Below, in pieces: positions 13,301 to 28,300 of a DNA stretch of 64,000 nt. The translations under genes were made by a program, and so were the position numbers. The stretch's first letter is position 1. Every line of letters begins with the position of its first letter. Source of the DNA: Botryllus schlosseri (lineage: Eukaryota); assembly GCA_051294905.1 (NCBI GenBank), contig CM119371.1, forward strand, positions 1,924,001 through 1,988,000. Direction: 5' to 3'. The notes under the pieces were generated by a model. It ran no database searches. It was not told where the DNA came from and saw nothing but the letters and a program-made list of their open reading frames with translations.

Positions 13301-16300
13301 GCGCCATTTTGGTACATTTGCGACTCGATATCTCCGCAAACACTCGTTTATATGAGACATGAATTATATTGGCGACATCAGGAGAAAAAACTCTACGAAT
13401 CGAGACAAAGAAATTTTGGTCAATCTAGTCTAGTTGATCTTTAAAGCAAATCGTTAGCACCCGAAATCATATTCCTGTATTTACACGAATTCACGAGTGA
13501 ATTTCGTCTTTTGTTACGAGCGCGAAATTGGACAGTTTCCTGTTGTGAGCATGTAAATCTGAATTACATCATGGACATCATATTGACTCCTATATTACAA
13601 GGCAAACAAAACGCTGCATTCCAAAACGCTGTTATGTTCAGTAAAAACTTTTTGGATGCACACTTTGTTGATAAGGACTGGTACTTATCTGTTGCGCACC
13701 AACAATATCTACATGCACATTGCACACTCCAGAATTGTGACGATACTAGCAATGTTACTTGTTACTCACGCAGTGCATTTTTTAGCGGCACGCGGCGTTT
13801 GCTTGCGTAAATGGGACATAATTTGTCAAAATATTGATGCACAACTTGATCGCCGCCAGACTGACGGGTATCGATCACACCAATACCAAACTTCATTACA
13901 TTGCATTCATTACATTCATTCTCAATTCAGTAAAAAGCGGATTATTGTTCACGAGGTCAGCGCTCTTATTGTTGTCACTACCCTACATGATCCCCCATTT
14001 CACCAAATTCTATCACATAGCTCGATATCAATGACACAGTGCGGATAGTAAAACATCATATCAGTGGGTAAATACTGCACGGCTTAGGGATGAAAGCAGA
14101 GTGGAACTGTTAGAAAATATTCTTCAGAATTCACTGGCTATGTGACAAAATTGTTAGGTTGGTTGAAACACCGCTGTAAACCAAATTTGGCTTCAAGACA
14201 AACTAGTAGAAACAAGATTCTTGCTGTAAAAAGTTTTGAATTTATAATTAAAAAAAAATTCAAAGTTTTTCTTTCAACCCCATAAAATTGTTAGACAATC
14301 AGTAGTGATGATGCATACCAAATTTGGCTCGATTCCAACCGCTAGGAGCGAAGTCATTGCCGTAGTAAAATTTCCAATTCCATGATTTTATAGGAAATAA
14401 TTATAGCTTTCAATACAACATCCATTGTAGTACAATATTTAAACTCAAATACTTTCCGGCACTTTAAAGGGATTTAAATGGATTTAGAAGCAAAACCAAA
14501 TCTGTTTAACTCCCTTCAGTGTGCCGTTAACTCTTGAAAGAGGCAAGAAAAAAGTCTTCGAGGTTAATAAATATTCTACTACAATGGATTTTGTATTGAA
14601 AGCTATATTCAAGTTCTGTACCACGAATCAGCTATTTGAATAAATAATTAAAGAGCTAGCAATAACTTCGCTTCTAGTGGTTGGAGTTGAGCCACATTTG
14701 GTGTGTATCGTCTCTAGTGACAGCCCAACAATTTGACGTTGTTGACTGAAAAATTTTAAAATTTAATTTTTTGATGATCAATCCAAAATTTTTTACTACA
14801 AGAAAATCGCTTCTACTGATTGCAATTGACCCAAAGTTGGCGTGCAACGTTGTGGTTGGTTGCCAACCTAACAATTTTATAAGATAGCCGAAGAAATCTG
14901 AAGGTTTTTTGAACAGCCCTGATGCAGAAAATGAATGTATATTGCTTTCTATCACGACTATGGCGTCACAAATCACGTGCGATTGTCACGTCACAAGTAT
15001 CCGCATACCCACATAAAATCATAGTGACTTGTTAGTACAAAACTAAATCATAGAATCGATCTTACTTCCCAATCCAATTTTCCAGATAGTGATTCAATCC
15101 GACGATGCCCAAGAAGTGAACGTAGCGCTGTTGCTGGGACTTCGTTGTGCCGCAAATCCACTTCCTTCACCTGGAACGATTGAAATATTTTATGAAACGT
15201 TGAAGAGAACTAAGTGTGAAAATAAGTATGAAATAAAGTGACAAAAATTAAATCACTTGAGCCGTAATCTATTTAGGTTACTGTCGGTGGATCTTCGATA
15301 TAGCCTTAGATCATGCTATCGGTATTATCACATTCGCTGTCGGTTTGTACACCCGGAATATGAGTCATTTCCAAATATTCATAATTATAGAGCGCCCTAT
15401 AGTCGATATGTAGTCGATTATCGCAGATAGGCCTACTATAGTAGTCCTATTCGTGATTTAAATATGTGAAGCTCGTCACGAAACGTATCTTTTTGGGCAT
15501 GGCGACAAGTCACACTTCTCGAGGTGATTATCGCTTTCGCGCATTCGATATCGTTTCTGCATCCGATAAATTCATATAGATCAAAATCAATATCATTCCA
15601 TATTCCGACAGACGAACGATCAACTTATACACACGGCTCATCGTGTCGCTAGCGAGATTGCAATCAAATTGAACTAATTCCTTTCGGAATGGTATCGGAA
15701 TTGATGATGAATAGGGCGATTTTTTTAACTGAATAACGCGAGGATTTTGACCTGAAAAATCAAAATTTTGACATTTTTTTAACTTAAAAAACTTAATTTA
15801 GACAAAGTATTGCCCCTATGTATGTAAATTAGGTGTTTTCGCACATATTGTTATAATTGTACTACTTATCATCAATTTCGGTTGGAGCTGTCTTCCTTAC
15901 GAAGTAGTTTGAACTGAAAAAAATTTTGACTCAAAAACTGACAAATTTTTACAGGAAAAACTTCATTTTAACGAAATCCGGACCTATGAAGAATTCCTAG
16001 TTACATCACGCATTATGATAGAAATAATTGAAATGTGTTGTAGTACATCCAAAGATACTTTCCTACATTCCCGGGTATAAAGTGTCTGTCCATACCTAGT
16101 AGCTTGTCAAGAATGGAGAACGAACGTTCAACAGCAGGAGCTGGCAACACTGAAGTTGGGCGTACACTGCTGGTGAGAGAGCGTGTTGCTTCATTCTGAC
16201 AATGTTGTCTATATCGGCATTTTTATTTTGTGCGCTTCTTGATATAAGAACCAATGCCCACGCAGTCTTGCTTCCGTTAGGATATTGCGGTACGTTGAGC

Positions 16301-19300
16301 ATAACACCATGTCAACCTGTTTGTTTCATTTGACCGCTTATGATTCACAATGAGCAGACAATGGACCGTCGACAATGGTAGGTCTATAAAGTAAGCTACA
16401 AGATGTAAAATGATAAGTTCACCGATAGTGCAAACATCTACGATACAAACGAATCGCAAAAAAAATTGAATTTGTAAACAACTTTGACAATTTTTATACC
16501 TGACGCTACAATTTTAACAAAATATTATCCTGTCGCCCTAATAGTCATAAAATATGTTGACTAGTCAGTTGGTACAGTACTTCGTTACTGTCCATGTCAA
16601 CCTCTGATGTAGATACCGAATACCAGTACCAGCACCACAAGAGAAAACGAATTAGCACAGTCCATAATTACACAACCGAGAACTCACATCTGATACATCA
16701 GACACCATTGTCTTACAAAACTGATCGCTTGGATGAAATTTGATCGCGCGAGAAAACATAATCAGCATGGATCAACTGAAACCCTGACGTTCGACGAAGC
16801 CGTATATTGTTACTTTTAATGTTATCGCTGTCAATATTACTGAATTTGGCTGGGCAGAAGTGACGAATAACACTGGTCAATATAATGAAAAAAAAATTTT
16901 GCAGGACATCTTCGAGGTTACTGATTACGAATATCAAATTCGTTTTTTCCAGATTGACCTCAGTTTGGAAAATACTTATACCCCTGAAAAAGGCCCAAAT
17001 TACTGTATTTACCCTCTAAATATTTCACTTGGTAATAAGTAAATCACAGCGTTTTTACTTTTATACTGCCCTTAAATAGAGAATAGACAATGAAGAACGC
17101 TCATGTCGTCCTCAGTTATTCATTCAATATGAGCATGACCTGCTGTGAGATCTTTGTTTGTTAAACAAGCAGTTTGTCAAGCCTAAGAATTGTACTTTTG
17201 CACAACAGAACCTCTTGAGTAAGTAGTGCAAATAAGCAGAATTTGTTTCAGTACTTCGGAAAAGTAGGTGGTCAATATGACAATTCCACTTATAAAATGA
17301 TGAAGACTTATCCAAACATAAGGTTACCATACGTTCTTATTTTTGAGGTTTTTGAAAATGTCCTCCGAGGACGCTCTATTTTGGCTGATAAATGGACTGA
17401 GGCTATACAGTTTTTTATAGGTAGTTTAGCAGTTCTACGCATGCGTGTGCGGTCTGACGTCTTTTTGCATGTTTATTCAACTATAGAGCTCATTCGTCCC
17501 TCCATTCAAAATATATGACAACTTTCAAACAGCTATCAGAACGCAATACATGCCTCGTACTGCAAAAAATCAACTTGACTTGGATTGTGACTTGAATCGT
17601 GGCTTGACTTGACTTGACTCGAGTCATCTCAAAAAATCGAGTGACTTGACTTGAGTCTAGTCAAAATATGCAATGACTCGACATGACTAGTGACTCGAAG
17701 GTAGTGACTTGATCCCAACACTGATATGATTTGAAAAGGTAAAAGTAGTTTCATGATAGGCTTGTATAACTTTGATGGAATCTTCATGAGAAATCGCCAT
17801 CAACGTAACTGTTGAATCCATTTTTCACGATTGTTCCTACTTGCGACGCTACTAATCATTATGCGTTAGACGCCTCTTGCAATTTAAGAAGTAGCCACAG
17901 CCGATACTCCGCCGAATATTTGCGGTCCCTCCACCGAAACTATGTTCAGAATTACTTACTTGAGTACTTTTCCGACCTTTAGTTAGCTACTTCAACTTGA
18001 AGTAGTTTTACAACACTTGTAAGCAGTTGATTTTACTTGTGATTGCACATTAGGAGCGTTTAATCTTACAGGTTACCTGATAAAATTGTTACGTCACCTA
18101 ATTAAAGGCTGCACACCAAATTTGGGCCAATTTTAACCAGTAGCCGCATTGCTACAAGAGAAGAAAGTTTTATATTTATTTTGTAAAAACATATAAAACA
18201 ACGAAAATTTTCTGTTCACCCCATCATATTGCTAGATTTTGTACAGAAACGTTGGTCAGGAAATTTGGCTCATTTACAACCAGTGGAAGCGGAGTTATTG
18301 CAGTTGAAATATTTGGATTTGAATAAAATAGTATTTGCGGTGCCTAGGTTATCATTTTATTCATATGCAGCCATCCATCATGGGATTTTGAAAAGTAGAA
18401 AGTAGTTTTATGACACGTTTGTATCACTTTGATGTGTGAAATTGTCATAGGAAATCGAAATCGCCATGAACGTAGCTGTTGAATCTTCTTTTCAAGATTG
18501 TTGCTACTAATGACGCTACTAATAATTTCGCGTTAGTCGCAGACACTCTTCTTGCAATTTCGAAAAGTGGCCACATCCGATGAACTGCCAAATATTCGCT
18601 AATTCTACCTGTAATAGGGTACAAATTTACACCAACCCTTCAACTTTGACTCGATTAGCCTAGGCTGACTACTTGGACCACTTGTGCGTGCATTCGAGTC
18701 TCGGCTAAAAATATTGGAGACGCAAATTCAGTAGACATTGGGAATAAAAGTTTTAAGTTGAAACATGCGTCTTACTGCACTGCGCATTCTCTCGTCACTA
18801 AAATATCAAATTCAATATCTTATCCGCCTTTCGTATTAATTGGTCCTATTAACACGAAGGAATTAGTAAAACACCATATTCCGCACTACTTGCATTGCAA
18901 CAGATGAATTATTATAAATTCAAGCGCGCACAAAAATGCGTTCCGTTACTTATTTTTGTTGGATATTCAGATATTGATTGCTTGATTACCAACTGGCAGG
19001 TAGGGTACAGATGAAAGTAGAAGATAATCAAACAGTGGAATCGGTCAAGAATGAATCAACATTGACCTTTACAGCAAACTTAAAACTATGTAAATTGTAT
19101 AGAAAAAATAACTGTAACCAACCTTTTCTATTCTATACTCTGATATCTTCCGCAAACCAACCTCTTGGGCGACCAGTTCTTCAATCAATTTGACAAATGT
19201 TGCATCGAAAAGGTCGCCGACATATTTCAATGCTACCGCGGAAACCGTTTTGAAAGATAGACTGGAATCCTGTGAAAATAAAGTGTTGTCAACTACGTCA

Positions 19301-22300
19301 CAATCATCCAACAACAACCCTGAGATATACGTCCAAGCATGAGACATGAATCATGACTACTGCGGACAAGGCGATGGGATCGCGTTATCAAAACATATCT
19401 TGCGAAAAGAGCAGACTGAATTTGCCTGCATGAACCACGAATCCGTTACATGAATTATATTGACCTAGACATTCGTGGAAATATATTACTCCCTTCACAT
19501 CTATTTTGCTCGAAGCATAACAAGGACCCTCCCAAAAACAGCTCTTCATCTTGGTCCCTCTCTCTCTCTCTCTCTCTCTCCCTCGCTCGCTCGCTCTCTC
19601 TGTCTCTTATTGGAAGTACGTGATACTTTTCCATTGTATTGCAATCGTGTAGTTATATGAATTAAATAAATTTTAAGATAATTTATTTTGATATATTTGA
19701 ATTGAGAAAAATTAACTATTCGATTCCAACTCGCACTGGTAGGCACGATAATGATGGTGTCAAGTATAAATATTGCTTGTCTGTTGAAAATTGCGATAAA
19801 ATAACCGCAATCCATCGATTTTTAATGGATGTAATCGAAAATCCTGAATGTACTTGAAAATCGACGTACAGTGTCGACAATTTTTTTTTGAATAAATTTC
19901 AGTAGGCAAAAAACTCATTACTTATAATAATAATAATAATAATAAGTTGTTATCTTACTATTCTCAACAATAGCATCTCGTCTTCATGACGCTCATGCTT
20001 ACGCCATAAGCTACAGACTGGCTATACTAGACCGAAAAGCCATCGCTTCACGTGTCTAGTGTTGTTTATAGCTTGATGCATAGTAAAGTCAGTAAAATGA
20101 TCATAATTTTAGTACAATCATTAGTATGAACTCGTTATTGAAGTTAAATTATCTTGATATCCAACCTTGATGTCGAAATGCCCTTCCATCCCGCCACTTA
20201 TCTTGATGACATCTTCTTCATTCTTCAGTTCAACATTTCGTCCATCTACACTCAGCTTGACAACCTGAATATTGTTCACATGTGAAACTTGATATCGTGC
20301 ATTGTATCGCTATTCCAACAAATATCTTGACGTCATATCACACATATAGTGACGACCGCAGCATCACAGATCATCATCCGCTATACGTCATCGACACGAG
20401 CTACTGATTTTACTGGCGTGTATGCTGGTCGTAGCATTTTGCGACATTTGCGATCCGGAATCCCCAAAAACACTCGTCTATATGACGTAAGAAGTATATT
20501 GGCAGAATCAGGAGAAATATTATACCGATTTATACACCCGAAAGCGCCCGAAACCGTATTCCTGCATTTAAACGAATTCACGAGCGATTTTAGTATTTTC
20601 AATCGGAACGCGAAATTGGACAGTTTGCCATTGTGAGCATGTATTTCAAAATAATATGGAAACCATGGTGACTCCTATAATACAGAGCAAATAAAGAAAT
20701 GAAGCCCAGAACGTTGTTATAATCAGCAAACAATTTTGCGATGCGATGTCAGACCTCATTGTGGTGGCCTATTACTAATCAGATGTGCGTTTTCGTGATC
20801 AAGAGATCGTCAGTTGCGTACTACTTGATGTCGACATGCGCACTTCGGCATTGCCGCGATGCTAGCAATGCTACTTGCTACTTACGCACAGCGTTTTGCA
20901 GTGGCACGTGGCGTTTGCTTACCTAAAAGGGCCTTGGTTATTCAAAATATCGATGCAAGTATTCTGAATCAATTCTGTTTCTTGACCGGAGACGTGATGC
21001 GCTCCAATAAACTTGATTGCCAGAAAACTGTGTGGTATCGAACACATCAGTATCGAATTTCAAATAATTGGATAAATGAGGTCGTGACATGCGCTCAGGT
21101 GTCGTTTCGCTGCCTTTACGCTACGTAATCCACTATTTCACTAAAGTCGATTGCATGCATTGGTACTAATTAGACAGAGCGGATATTAAAATGTCGAATA
21201 AGCGGTTAAATACTGTACGACTTGTGAATGGGATGTATACAAATGTGTTCTCGCTCGACTATGACGTAAGCGATCATGAGCGATTGTAACGTCACAAGTC
21301 TCCGCAACCCACATAAAATTATAGCTGCAGTTAGTACACAACTAAATCCTAGAATCGATCTCACTTCCCAATCCAATTTTCCAGATAGCGATCCAATCCG
21401 ACGATGCCCGAGAAGTGAACGTAGCGCTGTTGCTGAGACGTTGCCACGCAAATCCACTTCCTTCAGCTGGAACGATTGAAATATTTTATGAAACGTTGAA
21501 GAGAACTTAGTTTGAAAATAAGTATGAAATAAAGTGACAAAAATAAAATCACCAAGCCGTAATCTATTTAGGTTACTGTCGGTGGATCTTCGATATAGCC
21601 TACATTACAAAGCGATATTCGTAGATCATGATATCGGTAATATCACATTCACTATGGGCTTGTACTCAGGGAATATGAGTGATTTTGAGATTTACATAAT
21701 TGTAGCGCGTCCAATAGTCGATAGGTAGGCCATTATCGCAGATACAATCGTAGACCTATCCGTGATTCAAATATGTATTCAAAAACGTATCTTTTTCGTG
21801 CTCGGCGACAAGTCACACTTCTCGGGGTGATTATCGTTTTCGCGCATTAGATATCGCTTCTGCATTCGATAAATTCACACCGATAAAAATCAAAATCATT
21901 CCATATTCCGACAGACGAACGATCAACTTTTATACAAACGGCTCATCGTGGCACTAGCGAGATTGCTGTCCGATTGAACTAATTGCTTTCGGAGTGGTCT
22001 CGAAATTAATGATGACTAGGGAGATTTTTTTACCTTATTAGCGCGAGATTTTGACCTGAAATTTCAAAATTTCGACGTTTTTTTAACTTAAAAAACTTGC
22101 GTACACTGCTGGTGACACAGCGTGTTGTTTCATTCTGACAATGTTGTCTACATCGCAATTTTATTCATGCGCTTCTTGATATAAGAACCAATACCCACGC
22201 AGTCTTGCTTCAGTTAGGATATTGCGGTACGTTGAGCATAACACCATTTCAATCTATTTGTTTCATTTGACCGCTTATGATTCACAATGAACAGTCAATG

Positions 22301-25300
22301 AGACGTCTACAATGTCAGGCCTAAAAAATGGGCTACAAGATGTAAAATGATAAGCTCACCGACAGCGCAAACATCTACGATACAAACGAAATGCAAAAAC
22401 TTTTTGACATTGCAAACAATTTTGACAATTTTTATACCTAACGCTACAATTTTAACAAAATATTGACCTTTTTTGCAATATCAAAAAATCGCCCTAGTCA
22501 TAAAATATGTTGAATGGTCTTGAATAGTTGGTACCACCTCTGATGTAGATACCGAATACCAGTACCAGCACGACAAGAGAAAACGAATTAGCACAGTCCG
22601 TTATTGCACACCCGAGAACTCACATCTGATACATCCGACACCATTGTCTTACAAAACTGATTGCTTGGATGAAATTTGATCGCGCGAGAAAACATAAGCA
22701 GCATGGATCAACTGAAACCCCGACGTTCGACGAAGCCGTGTATTGTTACTTTTAATGTTATCGCTGTCGATATTACTGCATTTGACTGGGCAGAAGTGAC
22801 GAATAACACTGGTCAATAAAATGAAAAAAAAATTTTTGCAGGACATCTAAGAGTCATTTCTGGGGTTTTCAAGGTTACTGATTACGAATATCAAATTCGT
22901 TTTTTCAGATTGACTTTAGTTTAGAAAATACTTATACCCCTGAAAAAAAAGCCCAAATTACTGTATTTACCCCCTAAATATTTCACTTGGTAATAAGTAA
23001 ATCGCAGCGTTTTTACTTTTGTACTGCCCATAAATAGAGAAAAGACTATGAAGAACGCTCATGTCGTCCTCAGTTATTCATTCAATATGAGCATGACCTG
23101 CTGTGAGATCTTTGTTTGTCAAAAAAAAACAGTTTGTCAAGCCTAAAAATTGTACTTTTGCACAACAGAACCACTTGAGTAAGTAGTGCAAGTAAGCAGA
23201 ATATGTTTGAGTACTTCGGAAAAGTAGGTGGTTAATATGACAATTCCACTTATAAAATGATGAAAACTTATCCTAACATAGGGTTGCCATACGTCTTCCT
23301 TTTCGAGGTTTTTGAAAATATCCTCCGAGGACGCCAAAATGTCCTCTTTTATTGGCAAATCGTCCTCCTTTATAACTTTTACAGCTAAGATAATGTATAG
23401 ATTTGAGTGAAAATGGGCATAAATGACGCTAAATAGGAAATTCGTGATTCGATCGAAAGTAACGATATTTTTTTTTAGTCAACCCACCAAATTAATTTTT
23501 AAATAGGCTGGTGCATTGCATCATACCGATTCGTTTCAATGTTTTTAGGTTTCGTATTCTATCCTCTCATTTGGCTGATAAATAGACTGAGGCTATACAG
23601 TTACTTATAGGTAGTTTAGCAGTTCTAAGCATGCGTGTGCACTGTGCAGTATGACGCCTTTTTGCATGTGTATTTAACTGTATAGCTTATTCGTCCCTGC
23701 AATCAAAATAAATGGCAACTTTCAAGCAGCTATCAGAACGCAATGACATAATATATGCCTCGTACTGCGTAAAATCAACTTGACTTGGATTATGACTTGA
23801 CTCGTGACTTGACTTGACTTGACTCGAGTCACCTCCAACGATCGAGTGACTTGACTTGACTCGAGTCACCTTCAAAAATCGATTCACTTGACTTGAGTCG
23901 AGTCAAAATATGCAATGACTCGAGATGACTCGTGACTCGAAGGTAGTGACTTGATCCCAACACTGATATGATTTTGAAAAGGTAAAATTAGTTTTATGAT
24001 ACGCTTGTATGACTTTGATGCGTGGAATTTTCATAGGAAATCGCCATCAACGTAACTGTTGAATCCATTTTTCACGATTGTTCCTACTTGCGACGCTACT
24101 AATCATTATGCGTTAGACGCCTCTTGCAATTTAAAACGTAGCCACAACCGATAATCCGCCGAATATTTGCGGTCCCTCCACCGAAACTATTTTCAGAATT
24201 ACTTACTTGAGTACTTTTCCGATCTTTGGTTTGCTACTTCCACTTGAAGTAGTTATACAAGACTTGTAAGCAGTTGATTGTACTTGTGATTGCACATTAG
24301 GGGCGTTCAATCTTACAGGTTACTTGATAAAATTGTTACGTTACCTAATTAAAGGCTGAACACCAAATGTGGTTCAATTTTAACCAGTAGCCGCATTGCT
24401 ACAAGAGAAGAAAGTTTTGTATTTATTATGTAAAAATATATAAAACAACGAAAATTTTCTGTTCACCCCATCATATTGCTAGGTTTTGTGCAAAAACGTT
24501 GGTCAGCAAATTTGGCTCATTTCCAACCAGTGGAAACGGAGTTATTGCAGTTGAAATATTTGGATTTGAATAAAATAGTATTTACGGTGGCTAGGTTATC
24601 ATTTAATTCATATGCAGCCATCCTTCATGGGATTTTGAAAAGTAGAAAGTAGTTTTATGACACGTTTGAATCACTTTGATTTATGAAATCGTCATAGGAA
24701 ATCGAAATCGCCATCAACGTAACTGTTGAATCTACTTTTCAAGATTGTTGCAACTAATGACGCTACTAATAATTTCGCGTTAGTCGCAGAGACTCTTCTT
24801 GCAATTTCGAAAAGTGACCACATCCGATGGACTGCCAAATATTCGCTAATTCTACCTGTAATAGGGTACAAATTTACACCAACCCTTCGACTTTGACTCG
24901 ATTAGCCTAGGCTGACTACTTGGACCACTTGTGCGTGCATTCGAGTCTCGGCTAAAAATATTTGAGACGCAAATTCAGTAGACATTGGGAATAAAAGTTT
25001 TAAGTTGAAACATGCGTCTTACTGCACTGCGCATTCTCTCTCGTCACTAAAATATCAAATTCAATATCTTATCCGCCTTTCGTATTAATTGGTCCTATTA
25101 ACTCGAAGGAATTAGTAAAACACCATATTCCGCACTACTTGCATTGCAACAGATGAATTATGATAAATTCAAGCGCGCACAAAAATGCGTTCCGTTACTT
25201 ATTTTTGTTGGATATTCAGATATTGATTGCTTGATTACCAACTGGCAGGTAGGGTACAGATGAAAGTAGAAGAAAATCAAACAGTGGAATCGGTCAAGAA

Positions 25301-28300
25301 TGAATCAACATTGACCTTTACAGCAAACTTAAAACTATATAAATTGTATAAGAAAAATAACTGTAACCAACCTTTTCTATTCTATACTCTGATATCTTCC
25401 GCAAACCAACCTCTTGGGCGACCAGTTTTTCAATCAATTTGACAAATGTTGCATCGAAAAGGTCGCCGACATATTTCAATGCTACCGCGGAAACCGTTTT
25501 GAAAGATAGACTGGAATCCTGTGAAAATAAAGTGTTGTCAACTACGTCACAATCATCCAACAACAACCCTAAGATATACGTCCAAGCATGAGACATGAAT
25601 CATGACTACTGCGGACAAGGCGATGGGATCACGTTATCAAAACATATCTTGCGAAAAGAGCAGACTGAATTTGCCTGCATGAACCACGAATCCGCTACAT
25701 GAATTATATTGACCTAGACATTCGTGGAAATATATTACTCCCTTCACATCTATTTTGCTCGAAGCATAACAAGGACCCTCCTCAAAAACAGCTCTTCATC
25801 TTGGTCCCTCTCTCTCTCTCTCCCTCGCTCGCTCGCTCTCTCTCTCTCTTATTGGAAGCACGTAATACTTTGTTTCATTGTATTGCAATCGTGTAGTTAT
25901 ATGAATTAAATAAATTTGAATATAATATAATTTTATATATTTGAATTGAGAAAAATTAATTATTTAATTCCAACCCGCACTCATCTCACTGGTAGGCACG
26001 ATAATGATGGTGCCAAGTACCGCTTACTGCCACAATAGCGTTTTACATAAATCAAAGCAAAAATGCTTCCAGAATATACCTTGAACGCCCCCGCCACCAC
26101 CACATAATATTTCGGTGAACAGTTCAGAATATTTAAAAAATATTGCTTGTCTGTTGAAAATTGTGATAAAATAACCGTAATCCTTCGATTTTTAATGGAT
26201 GTAATCGAAAATCCTGAATGTACTTGAAAATCAAAGTACAGTGCCGAATTTGTTTTCTAAATTCAGTGGGCAAAAATCTCGTTACTTAGAAAATCATCAC
26301 AAGCTGTAAGCTTACCATTCTTAACAAAAGCATATCGTCCTCATGACGCTCATAATGACGTCATAAGCTACAGACTGGCTATACTAGACCTCAAAGTCAT
26401 CGCTTCGTGTGCCAAGTGTTGTTTACAGCTTGATGCATAGTAAAGTCGCTAAAATGACTGCAATTTCAGTCCAATCATTAGTATGGACTCGTTATCGAAG
26501 GTGAATCAACTTGATATCCAACCTTGAAGTCAAGGTGACCTTCAATCCCGTCACCACTTATCTTGATGACATCTTTTTCGTTCTTCAATTCAACATCCCC
26601 TCCATCTACAGTCAGATTGACCACCTGAATATTGTTTACATATGAAACTTGAGATCGTGCATTGTATCGCTATTCCACCAAATATCTTGACGTCATATCA
26701 CACATATAGTGACGACCGCAGCATCATCGATCATCATCTGCTATACGTTATCGACACGGGTCACTGATTTTACTGTCGTTTATGCTGGTGGTGGCCTTTT
26801 GCGACAATTGCGACCCGATATCCCCGAAAACACTCATTTATATGAGATAAGAAGTATATTGGCGGAATCAGTTATTTTGGTCAATATAGTTGATCGTAAG
26901 CACCCGGAACCGTTTTCCTGCATTGACACGAATTCACGAACGATTTTTATCTTTTTAATCGGAGCGCAAAATTGGACAGTTTGCTATTGTGAGCATGTAC
27001 TTCAAAATACCATGAACATCACAGTGACTGCCATAATACAAGGGAAACAAAACATTGCAGTCCAAAACGCTGTTATAATTAGGGCTGGGCACAATGATTC
27101 GAGTGTTCGAATCTGAATCGAGTATTAATTTTAATGATTCAAGTCGAGAAGTAAAAGATGATTTTTTGGAGTACCGAAATCATGCGTTCGTCGACACTGA
27201 AAGTTACTTATTCATCAGAATTGTAGTTTTGACAGCATTTTCCACTTTGTAAGCCCTGAGACCATGATTGGTCGCATAACAGCATATGAAACATATTGGA
27301 CAAAGCTATGAACGTATAACATATTTCCAAAGTCAGGATCATCCCACAACAATACCACAAACGGAACCGCAATGAAATCGGTATGTTCGAAATATACCGA
27401 AGTATCTTTAACGTGATTCATAACAACAGTCATTATATTATTTGTGGTGGCAAAAAAGGTACATATTTGAACTTTGACATATTACATTCTGTTATGACGT
27501 CATAAGAAGTGATACTCGAATATTGGACTCGACTCAAAGCTTAGTACGTGATTCAGAATCGAATCACTCAAATACTCGATTCTGCCTAGCCCTATAGTTA
27601 TGATCCGGGAGTATTTTCGCTATGCGATGTCAAACTCATTGTGTTGGCCTGAAAATCAGATACGCACTTTGTTGATTAGGAGTAATATTCTGTTGCGCAT
27701 TAATTCATGTCGACATGCACACTCCTGAATTTTGACGATGCTAGCAATTTTACTTGTTACTCATGCAGGGCATTCTGCAGCGGAACACAGAGTTTGATTA
27801 CGTAAATGTAGCTAATTTGTCAAAATATCGATGGACAATTTGATCACCGCCAGACTGATTGATCACACCAATATCGAATTTTACTGCATTGCATTCATTT
27901 GATTCATTGCCAATTTACTAGAGAGCGGATTTTTGTTGACGCTACATAGTTAACTATTTCACTAAATTCGATTACATAGCTCGATATTAATGACACAGTG
28001 TGGATATTAAAACATCATATCAGTGGGTAAATACTGTACATCTTTGGGATGAATGCAGAGTAGGGTCGTTCAAAAATTTTTTTCTTCAGATTCCACTGGC
28101 TATGTGATAAAATTGTCGGGTTGGTTAAAACAACGCTATAAACCAAATTTGGCTCAAGTCCAACCAGTAGAAGCGAGATACTTGCTATAGAAAGTTTTGA
28201 CATTATCATTAAAAAACACACAAAAAAAGCCAAAATTTTTTTGTCAACCCCAAAAAATTGTTAGGCTATCAGTAGAGATGATGCATACCAAATTTGGCTC

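Noticed and set aside
19270..19347. Upstream part of ORFs 19069-19347, 25318-25596 and 11516-11737 (LLLDDCD...NTLFSQ) as coding
   Set aside because: NTLFSQ is the translated polypyrimidine tract and acceptor, and copy A has a 1-nt indel just upstream, so this part is treated as intron.
20349..27116. Plus-strand ORFs 20349-20636 and 26709-27116 as a nested antisense gene
   Set aside because: The third copy (~13220-13360) has a stop, substitutions fall at all codon positions, the starts are non-ATG, and the longer ORF runs into a MITE.
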